From Anaerolineales bacterium (GTDB taxonomy: Bacteria > Chloroflexota > Anaerolineae > Anaerolineales > Villigracilaceae), in contig DAOTZC010000012.1 of assembly GCA_034434535.1 (NCBI GenBank), forward strand, positions 510,128-574,127: 64,000 nucleotides of DNA, read 5' to 3'. Below the pieces are notes generated by a model. The model was not told the origin of the DNA. It did not search any database and was given only the letters and a program-made list of their open reading frames with translations. Positions 18,106 to 27,385 of the stretch are shown piece after piece (within the stretch, counting starts at the first letter, position 1; each line of letters begins with the position of its first letter). The position numbers were made by a program, and so were the translations under genes.

Positions 18106-19675
18106 GATGATTGTGGTGATTTTTAAGAGGGCGGGGTTGCATTGCCCGGAGTAAATCTTTGTTGATGGCTAGCGCCGACAGGATGTATCCGATTAAGAGC
18201 CAGATATAGCGGAAGAGCAAGCCATGTAAAAACAGGCCACTTATCAGGAAGGTGATGAGCGCGAAGGTCAGGGCAGTCATCCAGGAAGCCCAATCGGAGT
18301 CGGTAACATGCGCCTCATACTTTTTTCGCGCATGTATCATGTAGGCAAAAAGGTAGTAGAAGAAGATGGAAAAAGTGATGAACCCTATTATCCCCGTCTC
18401 CGAGAGAATTTCTACATAGAGCGAGTGTGGATGTCGGGCGATTTGGCTGGATGCCCTCATGCCAACGTTTACTAATCCAAGTTGGTTGGCATAGTCCCAA
18501 TAATTTGCGGAAAAATTGCCAAAGCCAACGCCCAGGAGAGGGTTATTTTGGAACATGGCTAACCCGGCGCGTATCTGATTGCTGCGCCCAACGAGCGAGT
18601 CATCCTGTTGGATGGCATACTCATTTTGCGGAGCAAAGAATACATTCAGCGACATCAGCCGCTGTGAATAATTTTCTGGTAAGACCGCAAAGAGAGAGAC
18701 AAGCGCCAGGCCTGCCATCATGATGTACAGGGGCTTGACTTTCATTTGCAATAAAATTAGCGGGATGACAATGCCTAATGCTACAAAAGCGCCCCGGCTA
18801 TTTGTATAAATCACTGCCAACAAAATGAGGAGAGATGCAATTGCCATGAGAAATTTCCGGCTGTTTTTTTTCTCGTACTTGAGCCGGTAAACAGCGATGG
18901 GGAAGGTTGCTGCAAGAGCCTGGCCCCACATGTTTGATTCGCCGATTGGTCCACCGTATCTCAGCATGCCACTGTCGTCGACTTGCCCAAAATTGCTTAA
19001 TTGCGCTAACCCCAGGAAAGTTTGGTCGAGCCCTAGTGCCATTTTGAGTACGCCGAGGCCAGCAACTACGGTCATCACAGTCAGGAAGAGCCTAAGACAG
19101 GTTTCCCACTTTTCGCGGGTATTTAAGGTGATGAATAAGATAACCCCAATCAGGATGTCTTTTGTAACATCAATGATGATATCAAAGGCTTCTCCTTTGT
19201 CAGGCGCGACAAACGTGGAGAGCACGATTGCCAGATAGAAGCCGAGCAAGGACCATTCAACACGGGTCATTTCAGGGAGATTGGAGAATTTTCCGGTGCG
19301 CAAAAGATAATTTGCCAGAATGCTGACGAAAATTACGGCAACCAGTGGTTTATTGACTCCCGGCAGACCTTCATCTGTTAATAAATCTGACGCATTGGTA
19401 AACACCATGATGGTGAGCAAATAAGCACCAAGTTCTGGTTTTTGGTAAATGGCCATCACGACGATGATGCCGATGATGGCCGCAAAGGCAAAAACCTTGA
19501 CTTCCATTGAACCAAACGAGATTCCAATGCCTCCAATTACGGAGGCAAGCAAAGCGGTGAGAATAAAAGGCACCCAGGAAATTTTGCGCATGTAAACTTC
19601 TGGCAGGTAGCGGCTCAGGTCGCTTTTTTCTTGCGATTTTTGGGGGAGCAGGGATGTACTGGTTTGTTCGGTCAT
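18098..19675 (-). CDS. Wzy-type polymerase / O-antigen-ligase family membrane protein
   Basis: About 12 TMs. Wzy_C-like loop NSRGAFVALGI ... HPHSLYVEILSETGIIGF. Has an 8-bp overlap with the downstream GT4 start. Confidence 0.75.
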   Translation of the reverse strand: MTEQTSTSLLPQKSQEKSDLSRYLPEVYMRKISWVPFILTALLASVIGGIGISFGSMEVKVFAFAAIIGIIVVMAIYQKPELGAYLLTIMVFTNASDLLTDEGLPGVNKPLVAVIFVSILANYLLRTGKFSNLPEMTRVEWSLLGFYLAIVLSTFVAPDKGEAFDIIIDVTKDILIGVILFITLNTREKWETCLRLFLTVMTVVAGLGVLKMALGLDQTFLGLAQLSNFGQVDDSGMLRYGGPIGESNMWGQALAATFPIAVYRLKYEKKNSRKFLMAIASLLILLAVIYTNSRGAFVALGIVIPLILLQMKVKPLYIMMAGLALVSLFAVLPENYSQRLMSLNVFFAPQNEYAIQQDDSLVGRSNQIRAGLAMFQNNPLLGVGFGNFSANYWDYANQLGLVNVGMRASSQIARHPHSLYVEILSETGIIGFITFSIFFYYLFAYMIHARKKYEAHVTDSDWASWMTALTFALITFLISGLFLHGLLFRYIWLLIGYILSALAINKDLLRAMQPRPLKNHHNHHG

Positions 19676-19718
19676 AATGGTTCCTTACGCGTGGATGTGC
19701 TTTAAGTAATGTTGGTTT

Positions 19719-21188
19719 CTATTGTTTGGGAGAGATGATGACCTGTACTAATCGCAGCAGGCTTTTTCCTTCCTGCCACCATATTATGCTGAGATAAGTG
19801 ATTGCGCCAGAGATAACGACGAGTGTCAATTGCAAAAAGACGTTTATATCGCTGGTCAGGGTGAGTACTCCAAAGGCGACTGGCGTCATACAGAGCGCGC
19901 CCAATATGGCGGGCTTGAGTTCTTTCAAAATATCTAGAAAGGACACTTTCAGAAAACGGGTTGCAACGTAGATGGTTATCGTTTGGTCAAGCGCAATTGC
20001 AATCAGGTATCCCCAGGCAAATCCAATCAGGCCGAATTGCGAACCAATCATCAGCGCCGGCACCAACACCAGAATGCTCATGAGATTGAGTTTGAAGAGG
20101 ATATCGGGACGGCCAATGGCCTTATAAACATCTCCCGCATGGTAGCCAACCGAGTAAACCAGCGCATACAGAGACAGAAGCCGTAATAAGGGAATGGCCT
20201 CCAGCCATTGTTCGCCGAAGAAGACGCGTACAATTGGGTCAGCCGCCACAAATAGTCCCAGGCAGAGCGGCATGACAATCAGTTGTACCAGGCGGATAGA
20301 GACCAGGAAGCCGCGCCGCAGTTCTTCAGGTTGGTCCTGGATGGACGAGAAGGCCGGGAAGAGCACAGAAGCGATAAGCCACAGGTTGCCCACAATGAGC
20401 ATTTCGGGTAGACGGTAGGAGATGCTGAACACACCCAAAGCGGCCACTCCCAGCATTCTGCCGATGATGAGGTAACTCAGGTTATCCACAAAAACTGTTA
20501 GAATATCCACCCCTGTGACTGAAGCGCCGAATTGGACTAATTGCCGTGCAATCGCAAAATTGACCGTTATGCGCGGTCGCCAGGGCTTAACCGCCCATGC
20601 TGCAATGACAGAAGCCAATGCGCCTGTCAGTTGCCCAAAAACGAGCGCCCAAACTCCAAAACCTGCGAAAGCCATCCATAAAGAGATGATTCCTTTGACA
20701 ATGGTATTGCTGATATCTGGAATGAATTTACGGCGATAGTCCAGGTCGCGCATCAAGAGATTGATATGCGTTGCGCCCAGCGCATTGAGGGTAAACGAAA
20801 GTCCCAGCCAGCGTAAGACGGGCGTGACTTGTGGCTCTTGGAAGTAGGCGGCAAACAAGGGCGCAATTGGAAGTACCAGCAGGGAAAGCCCGATGCCGAG
20901 CAGGGTATTGATTGTAAAAACAGTGTTGGCAGCCTCTTCCACATCGTCCCGCCGTTGAATCAGCGCCAGTCCCAACCCCAGGTCTTTAATGACCGAGAGG
21001 TAGTTGATGGCAACAACGGCAATGGCTACCAGTCCAAAATCTTCTTTGGTCAGCAAGCGCGCCAGCAAGGAGGTTGTCAGAAGAAGAATTCCCTTGCTGA
21101 CCCCAAACGTCAGAAAATTCCATATGACGCCTCGCCCGGCTTTGCGGGTGATAGAAGTATGGTTGTCCGATTGAATATTTTGGGTCAC
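19719..21188 (-). CDS. Wzx-type flippase (MOP/polysaccharide biosynthesis protein family)
   Basis: 489 aa, about 14 TMs. N-terminal GRGVIWNFLTFGVSKGILLLTTSLLARLLTKEDFG is typical of PST-family flippases. Confidence 0.8.
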   Translation of the reverse strand: MTQNIQSDNHTSITRKAGRGVIWNFLTFGVSKGILLLTTSLLARLLTKEDFGLVAIAVVAINYLSVIKDLGLGLALIQRRDDVEEAANTVFTINTLLGIGLSLLVLPIAPLFAAYFQEPQVTPVLRWLGLSFTLNALGATHINLLMRDLDYRRKFIPDISNTIVKGIISLWMAFAGFGVWALVFGQLTGALASVIAAWAVKPWRPRITVNFAIARQLVQFGASVTGVDILTVFVDNLSYLIIGRMLGVAALGVFSISYRLPEMLIVGNLWLIASVLFPAFSSIQDQPEELRRGFLVSIRLVQLIVMPLCLGLFVAADPIVRVFFGEQWLEAIPLLRLLSLYALVYSVGYHAGDVYKAIGRPDILFKLNLMSILVLVPALMIGSQFGLIGFAWGYLIAIALDQTITIYVATRFLKVSFLDILKELKPAILGALCMTPVAFGVLTLTSDINVFLQLTLVVISGAITYLSIIWWQEGKSLLRLVQVIISPKQ

Positions 21189-21190
21189 GT

Positions 21191-22399
21191 TTAACTCGTC
21201 GTTTCAGAATGTTCTGAGGGTAGAGGCTGCCCATTTCCTTTGGCTATTTTGTATCTACGCCGGAATAGGGTGTTTTTCAGCTTTCGCGCAATTTCCACGC
21301 TGGCAAGTGCTGCGCGGCCTGCTGGGGTGAGACAGAACATCCCCTCGCAAAGTTCTCGTCTTCTGGGCCATAAGTCATTCATATACGAATCTGGCCCGGC
21401 TGAACTGTCCATATATTCCAGGTCGGAAATATATTTATAACCATCTTCCAGGGCTTTTATCTCATTGATGGTGCCGGGCCCATATTTCGCATACTCAATA
21501 TCCCAGCCCACCTTGAAACCAAAACCTACCTTGCCTGATATTAAATTTGATGTGGATGCGATATTTTTGCCGTTTAGTCTTAATTCAGTGAAAAAAGCCC
21601 GGCCTTTTTGATTGAACCCGGTCATCATTTCGATAAAAAAGCGTAAATGGTTGGCGTTAGAATACAGGGAGGTTCCTCCCTCGCCTTTCCAGCCCATATG
21701 CTCCAGGTGGACGAATTCTTCAATAGATTTTTGCAGCGATTGCGTACCGCGCTGGACAACCCATTCCAGTGTTCCCAACTCTTGCAGTTTGCGCTGGTTT
21801 CGATAGTGGTTTTTCTTTTGCCCCCTGGAAAGGTGCGCCAATGGGTCTTGTTCTAATTGCCCTGGCAAGAAAATTGCTCTCGACCATTGTTCAAAGAGTT
21901 TCCATTTCATCCCAAAGTCGGTGGCTATGGCTTGGGCTTCTTCTGTAAAGAGACCCTCAACAGAGATGTTATTTAAATACAAGCCATGCCATGCATGCCG
22001 TTTGTTGGTTAAGTATCCATAAATTTCCTTCAGCGCATGGTGCGCATCTTCCTGGTCTATGAGAAAATCAGACAGGTAAGAATGCATGGACGCAAAAGCC
22101 GCCAGGTGCTTGAGCGGGAATTTTCGGGTTGGTTTTCGCGCCTGAAATAGAGCAACTCCGGCTAACTCGGGCAACCCTCCTGATGACTTTTCGACAAACA
22201 ACCCAAAAGTATTGTCGGAAGATTCCAGGTACCGCAAGGCTGGCAAAACAAAATGGGGCGACAAAAAAGCATTTGGAACAATGGCGCGTGCTTCCAGTTC
22301 ATCCCATGCGTCGATTAATCTGGAATTGATTTCGGTTGGTTTGAGAACCCGGACGGTGTAAGAATGATTTTTCTTCAGGTGGCTGGTATTTTGTGACAT
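21191..22399 (-). CDS. CelD/BioF2-like (FemAB-fold, GNAT-related) acyltransferase
   Basis: Start set at ATG 22399 (MSQNTSH...) to avoid overlap with the upstream gene. WDELEARAIVPNAFLSPHFVLPAL N-terminus and HLEHMGWKGEGGTS are typical of the EPS-associated CelD-like family, as I recall it. Confidence 0.55.
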   Translation of the reverse strand: MSQNTSHLKKNHSYTVRVLKPTEINSRLIDAWDELEARAIVPNAFLSPHFVLPALRYLESSDNTFGLFVEKSSGGLPELAGVALFQARKPTRKFPLKHLAAFASMHSYLSDFLIDQEDAHHALKEIYGYLTNKRHAWHGLYLNNISVEGLFTEEAQAIATDFGMKWKLFEQWSRAIFLPGQLEQDPLAHLSRGQKKNHYRNQRKLQELGTLEWVVQRGTQSLQKSIEEFVHLEHMGWKGEGGTSLYSNANHLRFFIEMMTGFNQKGRAFFTELRLNGKNIASTSNLISGKVGFGFKVGWDIEYAKYGPGTINEIKALEDGYKYISDLEYMDSSAGPDSYMNDLWPRRRELCEGMFCLTPAGRAALASVEIARKLKNTLFRRRYKIAKGNGQPLPSEHSETTS

Positions 22400-22430
22400 T
22401 GAATCACCCGGTATATATTTTGGGTACTGG

Positions 22431-24149
22431 TTAATTTGCGGTATCCTGGCGAAGCGTTTTGATGTCAATCAATGCGGAATTTGTTCCTATTGCTTGAATG
22501 ATGTGAGGGTACATCAGGTACAAATCGCGCATGGTTCGTGCATACCCTGCCAGGATAACTGTGTCGTGGTCTGTAATCTGCATCAGATGGTCGGTCAAAA
22601 CATTGATTTCCACGCTTTCCATCTCAGCATACAGCATGGTGAGATTTTCTCCCTGCTCGTTGGTATATTGACGCTCAACGAAAAGGCCACTTTCATCGGT
22701 TTGCAAATAATTATCCGACGTGTGGAACCCCATATTGTACAGGTTGTTCAGGTAATAATCAGGAGACCAACTGGTAACAACGATTGGGAGATTGAGACGC
22801 AAGGCTGTGTCGATTAATTCCTGGCGTTCTTGCGCCAGATTTTCTGCGAAAGTTTTCCACCCGCCCAGCAAGATGTAAGCATGTCCGTAAAGAGGCCGTA
22901 CCCCTTCGGGAGTGGGAAATGCCATGCCGGGTCCCAGGGTGACTGCCATCGAGGATTCATCTGTTTCCGGATAGTCGAAACGTCGAATTTCAAAGCCAGG
23001 TCCCCATGATGTGTTTTCTCTTGCAACACGAAGTCCAGCCATCCAGGGAGTGAGCAACCCAACCAGAAGCAGCATATAAACCAAATTCTTTTTGGATGGG
23101 TTATTTTGGGCATATTCCATGATTGCCTTGAAGCCTATGGTAAACAACAAGATAAGTGCTGGAAGGGCAGTGATAATAAATTTGGGTACGCCTGACCGGA
23201 GCCAGAGCAGACCGCTTAAAACGCTTGCTAGAATGACTAGCCCTATTAGACTGCGTTTTTGGGTCAGTCTGACCATGCCAGTCAGAATGAGCAGCGAGGC
23301 AGCGGGGGTAAACAGGGGGGTTAGATTCAAACCAGCGCGCAAGATGATTTCAGAGAGTGAAGCCTGACTTCCAGCCGATAACACTCCTACCTGATTAACA
23401 ACGTGTAAGACTGTGCCAAACGCAGCAAGAAAATCGTCTGGCCCGTAGCCGCTCAACAGAATGGCTGCCAGAAGCGTGAACAAAGCAAAGCCAGCCCACA
23501 GAAGAGCAAATTTTGCCTGCTCGACTTTTGTTTTATGGGTGGGTTGAACGAAAATGTCGGCGATGATGACCAGTATGTAAGCAGCAACGTTCCATCGGAA
23601 AGCGCCGCCCAATCCAAATAATATTGCCGAAAAGCTGTTCAGCACAAATTGACGCCAGACGCTTAAGTCAGGTTGACGGCAGGCATATCGCAGAATTAAA
23701 TGCGAGGTCAGGATAAAACACATTGCGACCAGCGTTGGGGCGTACACAAGACCAAGATAAAAAAACTCTGGCATAGATAGCAACACGCCAGCAGGCAGTA
23801 CCAGAGAAAAACCGGGAGAAATCTCTTCCCTGGTGTAGTCTCGCAGCCAATCGAATATCAGCAACAGGATGAGAACAAACATCACAACATTTGCCCAGCG
23901 GGTGATGCTGAATGCGATTACCCGTACCAGGCTTTCTCGAGGCGGGAGAACACTCAATACAACGTCCATCATGCCATGATAGGGAGAATATGCAGGCTGC
24001 ATGGCGCGGTTTCTTCCCATGACATGATACGCAACCGATGTGGCATCATCCCCATCGATGTACACATTTGTTCCGCTTAGTGTGTAAACAAGCCCAAAGG
24101 CAAGGGCTGGAAACAATATCCAAAGATACCTGGTGAGCGCGTTTTTCAT
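22431..24149 (-). CDS. large polytopic membrane protein, GT-C-like (polyprenyl-phosphate-sugar dependent glycosyltransferase candidate)
   Basis: Start set at ATG 24149 (MKNALTRYLW...). About 11 TMs, acidic first loop YIDGDDATS (a DxD-like feature of GT-C enzymes), and a C-terminal soluble domain of about 190 aa. Confidence 0.4.
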   Translation of the reverse strand: MKNALTRYLWILFPALAFGLVYTLSGTNVYIDGDDATSVAYHVMGRNRAMQPAYSPYHGMMDVVLSVLPPRESLVRVIAFSITRWANVVMFVLILLLIFDWLRDYTREEISPGFSLVLPAGVLLSMPEFFYLGLVYAPTLVAMCFILTSHLILRYACRQPDLSVWRQFVLNSFSAILFGLGGAFRWNVAAYILVIIADIFVQPTHKTKVEQAKFALLWAGFALFTLLAAILLSGYGPDDFLAAFGTVLHVVNQVGVLSAGSQASLSEIILRAGLNLTPLFTPAASLLILTGMVRLTQKRSLIGLVILASVLSGLLWLRSGVPKFIITALPALILLFTIGFKAIMEYAQNNPSKKNLVYMLLLVGLLTPWMAGLRVARENTSWGPGFEIRRFDYPETDESSMAVTLGPGMAFPTPEGVRPLYGHAYILLGGWKTFAENLAQERQELIDTALRLNLPIVVTSWSPDYYLNNLYNMGFHTSDNYLQTDESGLFVERQYTNEQGENLTMLYAEMESVEINVLTDHLMQITDHDTVILAGYARTMRDLYLMYPHIIQAIGTNSALIDIKTLRQDTAN

Positions 24150-24180
24150 GGTGCTCTCTCGCATGTTTTGCTGCATTGGT

Positions 24181-25362
24181 CTAACTGTTGCTAAAAACCG
24201 CAACCTTTTTGAGTTTTTTAAGCAGGCTGGAAAGCATTGGCACAGATTTTGCCCTGGTTTTTATCCAGTTTAGCCATTTCCACGTCATAAAAATTGCTCG
24301 ATTGCGAAACACTCTTACCCAGTACATTTCTTCTGCCGCGGTCGCCATGCTGGTTTTGTAATCTGCCTCGCCAGCCATGAAGTCATAGGCCAATTTTCCT
24401 GCGCGCGCGTTATACAAAATCGCATAGTAATGAGAAACCAGTCCAGGCCGGTACACGTTGCCTGGCAGGTAATTGAAGCCGCTCTGGTAAAAGTACACGC
24501 GGTTTTGGTCCATGAAGTTGTATAAGTAGCCAATTTCGGCGGTGGGCGTTGCAATCTGCAAGAGCTGTATCTCCCCGCTCGAAAATCGAGCGGTAATTAA
24601 ATCTTTATGAAATCGGTAAAAGTATTCATTCGAGAACGCACCCTCTATACCGCGCTGTCCCCATTCCCTTTCGTGGAAGGCTGCCAGGTTATCCAAAAAC
24701 TGGAGGGCTTCCTCAACGGTTTGCGCTGCTTGAAGGGTAATTTGACCGTGTTTTTCGTATTCTTTGATTGACCTTCGGATTTGACTGCGCTTGTTTGCGC
24801 TAATCAAATGCAGATAATCCATTCCCGCTTCACGCACCTGGCGCAGGTCCACATAGGGGGCGGCGGATTTTTGTTCGATGACGACAGGAAGTTTTTTCTC
24901 ATCGATAAATTCGCTGAACTGTTTGATGAATTGTGCCGAAAGACCGGGAAGATAAAATTCATTCCAGTCCAATCCATGCAGCGCGTGAAGCAGTCCTTTG
25001 GCGTCAATTTTTATGTTCGGTCGAATCAGTATGGTGTTATATTCTATGTAAATTTTATCGAAATATGGAATTCCAGTAGTGTTGAGCGAAACGACTTTAG
25101 TGCGAAGCAGTTTTATCCATTTCTTGCTTGAAAGGCCTGCAAAAAATGCCAGGACAGGCTCGTTCTTGTCCTCTTGAAATCCCACGACGAGCCGGACGCC
25201 GTGTTCGGCAGGCAGGCTGTTCAGCCATGTGGACATCCAGCCCCACGAGAGAAAATAATGATGTGGGCATTCTTTGAGCAGCCCCCGCCAGTATTGTTCT
25301 ATCAGGGCAATGTCTGTCTTGGGATGATATTCGGCAAATTTCAGTCGGTTCACCTGACCCAT
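24181..25362 (-). CDS. second CelD/BioF2-like (FemAB-fold) acyltransferase
   Basis: Start set at ATG 25362 (MGQVNRLKF...). Same family features as 21191-22399: WRGLLKECPHHYFLSWGW, FHEREWGQRGIEGAF. Confidence 0.55.
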   Translation of the reverse strand: MGQVNRLKFAEYHPKTDIALIEQYWRGLLKECPHHYFLSWGWMSTWLNSLPAEHGVRLVVGFQEDKNEPVLAFFAGLSSKKWIKLLRTKVVSLNTTGIPYFDKIYIEYNTILIRPNIKIDAKGLLHALHGLDWNEFYLPGLSAQFIKQFSEFIDEKKLPVVIEQKSAAPYVDLRQVREAGMDYLHLISANKRSQIRRSIKEYEKHGQITLQAAQTVEEALQFLDNLAAFHEREWGQRGIEGAFSNEYFYRFHKDLITARFSSGEIQLLQIATPTAEIGYLYNFMDQNRVYFYQSGFNYLPGNVYRPGLVSHYYAILYNARAGKLAYDFMAGEADYKTSMATAAEEMYWVRVFRNRAIFMTWKWLNWIKTRAKSVPMLSSLLKKLKKVAVFSNS

Positions 25363-25381
25363 GCTTTCTTTGGACGATATC

Positions 25382-26554
25382 CTACGGCCTGGTAATCTCT
25401 CCCAGAATGAGCGGGTTGTTTCCAATCATTGCTCGAAACAAAGCCAGAAGTTGTGGATTGTCTTGCACCCGCATCGTCGTGTTGTGGTTTGGGTTTTCGT
25501 CATTTTGCCAGGCCTCGTTCCACCAGGTAAACCCAATCAGATTTTCATACCGCATAGACAGGATGGTTTCCAATGCCTCGCGCGTCCATTCCACCTGGTC
25601 AACATAAGGATTGTCTTTTGCGCTTCCCATTTCTGCGACAATGATAGGTTTCTCTGGCGCCATTTTTATCATGCGCGGGTAGGTGTTTTCGATTTCGCTG
25701 CGAAACGAACCGTAATACATGCTGAAGGGCGTATGCGTCCCATACGCGCTAAAGCCTAGCCAATCAATCCATTCATCACCCGGATAATAGTTTTCAAACG
25801 CATTCCATTCCTGGTTTGGATAACTCTTGCCGCCTGCATGAAAGACCCAGGTGATATTGTCTGCTCCACTCTCGCGGCACAGCCGGATAATGTGACGGTA
25901 CGCATCGCGAAAGCGCTCTGGGCCATCGGGCAGATTGATGTTGCCATATCCGTCTGTTTGTCCGCCGCCGTTATAAACACCGGACCAGGGAAATGAATCA
26001 GAATTAACTTCTGTGCCGTATTCCGCAATCAGCGGCGTGCCAAAGTCACGGGCGGTCTGGCACCAGGCGCGCAGGTCCTTGTCAAATTCACCGGCCAGAA
26101 TATTTTGGAGGGTGTAGAGCGGCTCGTTGCGATGCGATTTGAAGTAGGATTGCATCATCAAACGCAAATATGGCACGCTTCCGGTCTGCCGAATCCAGCG
26201 CGCTGTTTCCAGTGGAAAGGCTTTGTCATCGAACCAGAAATGCGAAAAATACACCCAGGCAGCCTGCTTTCCTGCGGCGGATTCGTATTCCTGCAATGCT
26301 TCGGGGCTGACAACGACGTTCTCTCCCCCGCTCGGAAATACGCCGTGATACAGGTGCTTCTCTGGCGGGAGCGGGATGTCCTTCCCTGTTAGCCATGTCG
26401 CAGAGCCTGGCGTGGCTGTTAAGAGCATCTGAACCGGGGTGGGCGCATACGTTACAGGGGAATCGGCAGGTGGCGCCGGGTTGGGGCCTTGTTCGCGGCA
26501 GGAAGCCAACAAAAACAACCCGAAAAAGGCAAGAATCCGTAAGACGAAATTCAA
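25382..26554 (-). CDS. secreted clan GH-A glycoside hydrolase lipoprotein (GH26-like)
   Basis: Lipobox LFLLAS-C. AEYGTEVNSDSFPWSG resembles the GH26 acid/base segment HEMNGxWFWW. IIVAEMGSA is a plausible nucleophile segment. Confidence 0.5.
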   Translation of the reverse strand: MNFVLRILAFFGLFLLASCREQGPNPAPPADSPVTYAPTPVQMLLTATPGSATWLTGKDIPLPPEKHLYHGVFPSGGENVVVSPEALQEYESAAGKQAAWVYFSHFWFDDKAFPLETARWIRQTGSVPYLRLMMQSYFKSHRNEPLYTLQNILAGEFDKDLRAWCQTARDFGTPLIAEYGTEVNSDSFPWSGVYNGGGQTDGYGNINLPDGPERFRDAYRHIIRLCRESGADNITWVFHAGGKSYPNQEWNAFENYYPGDEWIDWLGFSAYGTHTPFSMYYGSFRSEIENTYPRMIKMAPEKPIIVAEMGSAKDNPYVDQVEWTREALETILSMRYENLIGFTWWNEAWQNDENPNHNTTMRVQDNPQLLALFRAMIGNNPLILGEITRP

Positions 26555-26632
26555 ATAATCACTCCCCAGGAACCCTGGTTACCTCTAAGTTTTCCTCGCG
26601 TTGGCTTGTTCCAGTTCAAGAAAAGATGCATT

Positions 26633-27301
26633 TTATTTTGCGCCACGTTGCTTGAACACCGCAATGACTGTCAGAAAGAGCAAACAAATATCCAGCCACA
26701 GGCTTCTTCTTTCAATATAAGCAATATCCAGCCGCAGACGGTCATCAAATTCCAAAGATGCTCGTCCGTAAACCTGCCATAATCCGGTAATGCCGGGCAG
26801 CACATCCAGCCGGGATGTGTGCCAGAGCTTATAAGTATCTGCGCCAAAAGAAGTCGGACGTGGGCCAACCAGGCTCATGTCGCCTTTTAGGACATTTAGC
26901 AGTTGAGGCAATTCATCCAAACTGGTTTTTCGCAGGATTTTACCAATCGGGGTGATGCGTGGGTCATTGGTAATTTTAAAATCAGGCCACTGTAATTCGT
27001 TCAAGTGGGCGTATTTCACTTTTAGTTCTTCTGCATTCGGCACCATCGAACGAAATTTATACATGCGAAAGCGTCGTCCGCCCCGACCAGTGCGCCATTG
27101 CGTAAAGATGGCTGGCGCGCCCGGCGAGGTAATTTTTATGACAAGCATAATCAAAAGAAAGATGGGGAGCCAAAACGGCATGGCCAGGATAACGATGGAC
27201 AAATCCATGACGCGTTTCATAAAATGATACGATTTACCCACGAAGATTCGTTTGTGGGGGCTGAATTTAGAAAGCCATGAGTATTCTGCGTAGTGATACA
27301 T
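26633..27301 (-). CDS. undecaprenyl-phosphate sugar-1-phosphate transferase (bacterial sugar transferase, WbaP/EpsL-type)
   Basis: Start set at ATG 27301 (RBS GGAGAA 6 nt upstream). RRFRMYKFRSM, DELPQLLNVLKGDMSLVGPRP and LPGITGLWQV are hallmark motifs. Confidence 0.85.
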   Translation of the reverse strand: MYHYAEYSWLSKFSPHKRIFVGKSYHFMKRVMDLSIVILAMPFWLPIFLLIMLVIKITSPGAPAIFTQWRTGRGGRRFRMYKFRSMVPNAEELKVKYAHLNELQWPDFKITNDPRITPIGKILRKTSLDELPQLLNVLKGDMSLVGPRPTSFGADTYKLWHTSRLDVLPGITGLWQVYGRASLEFDDRLRLDIAYIERRSLWLDICLLFLTVIAVFKQRGAK

Positions 27302-27385
27302 GATAGATTCTCCTTCTGTCACCCTTGATTTTGGAGTTCGAACAGTCACTTGAGCAAAAATCGAAACGCAATTTGCATGTTTTTA

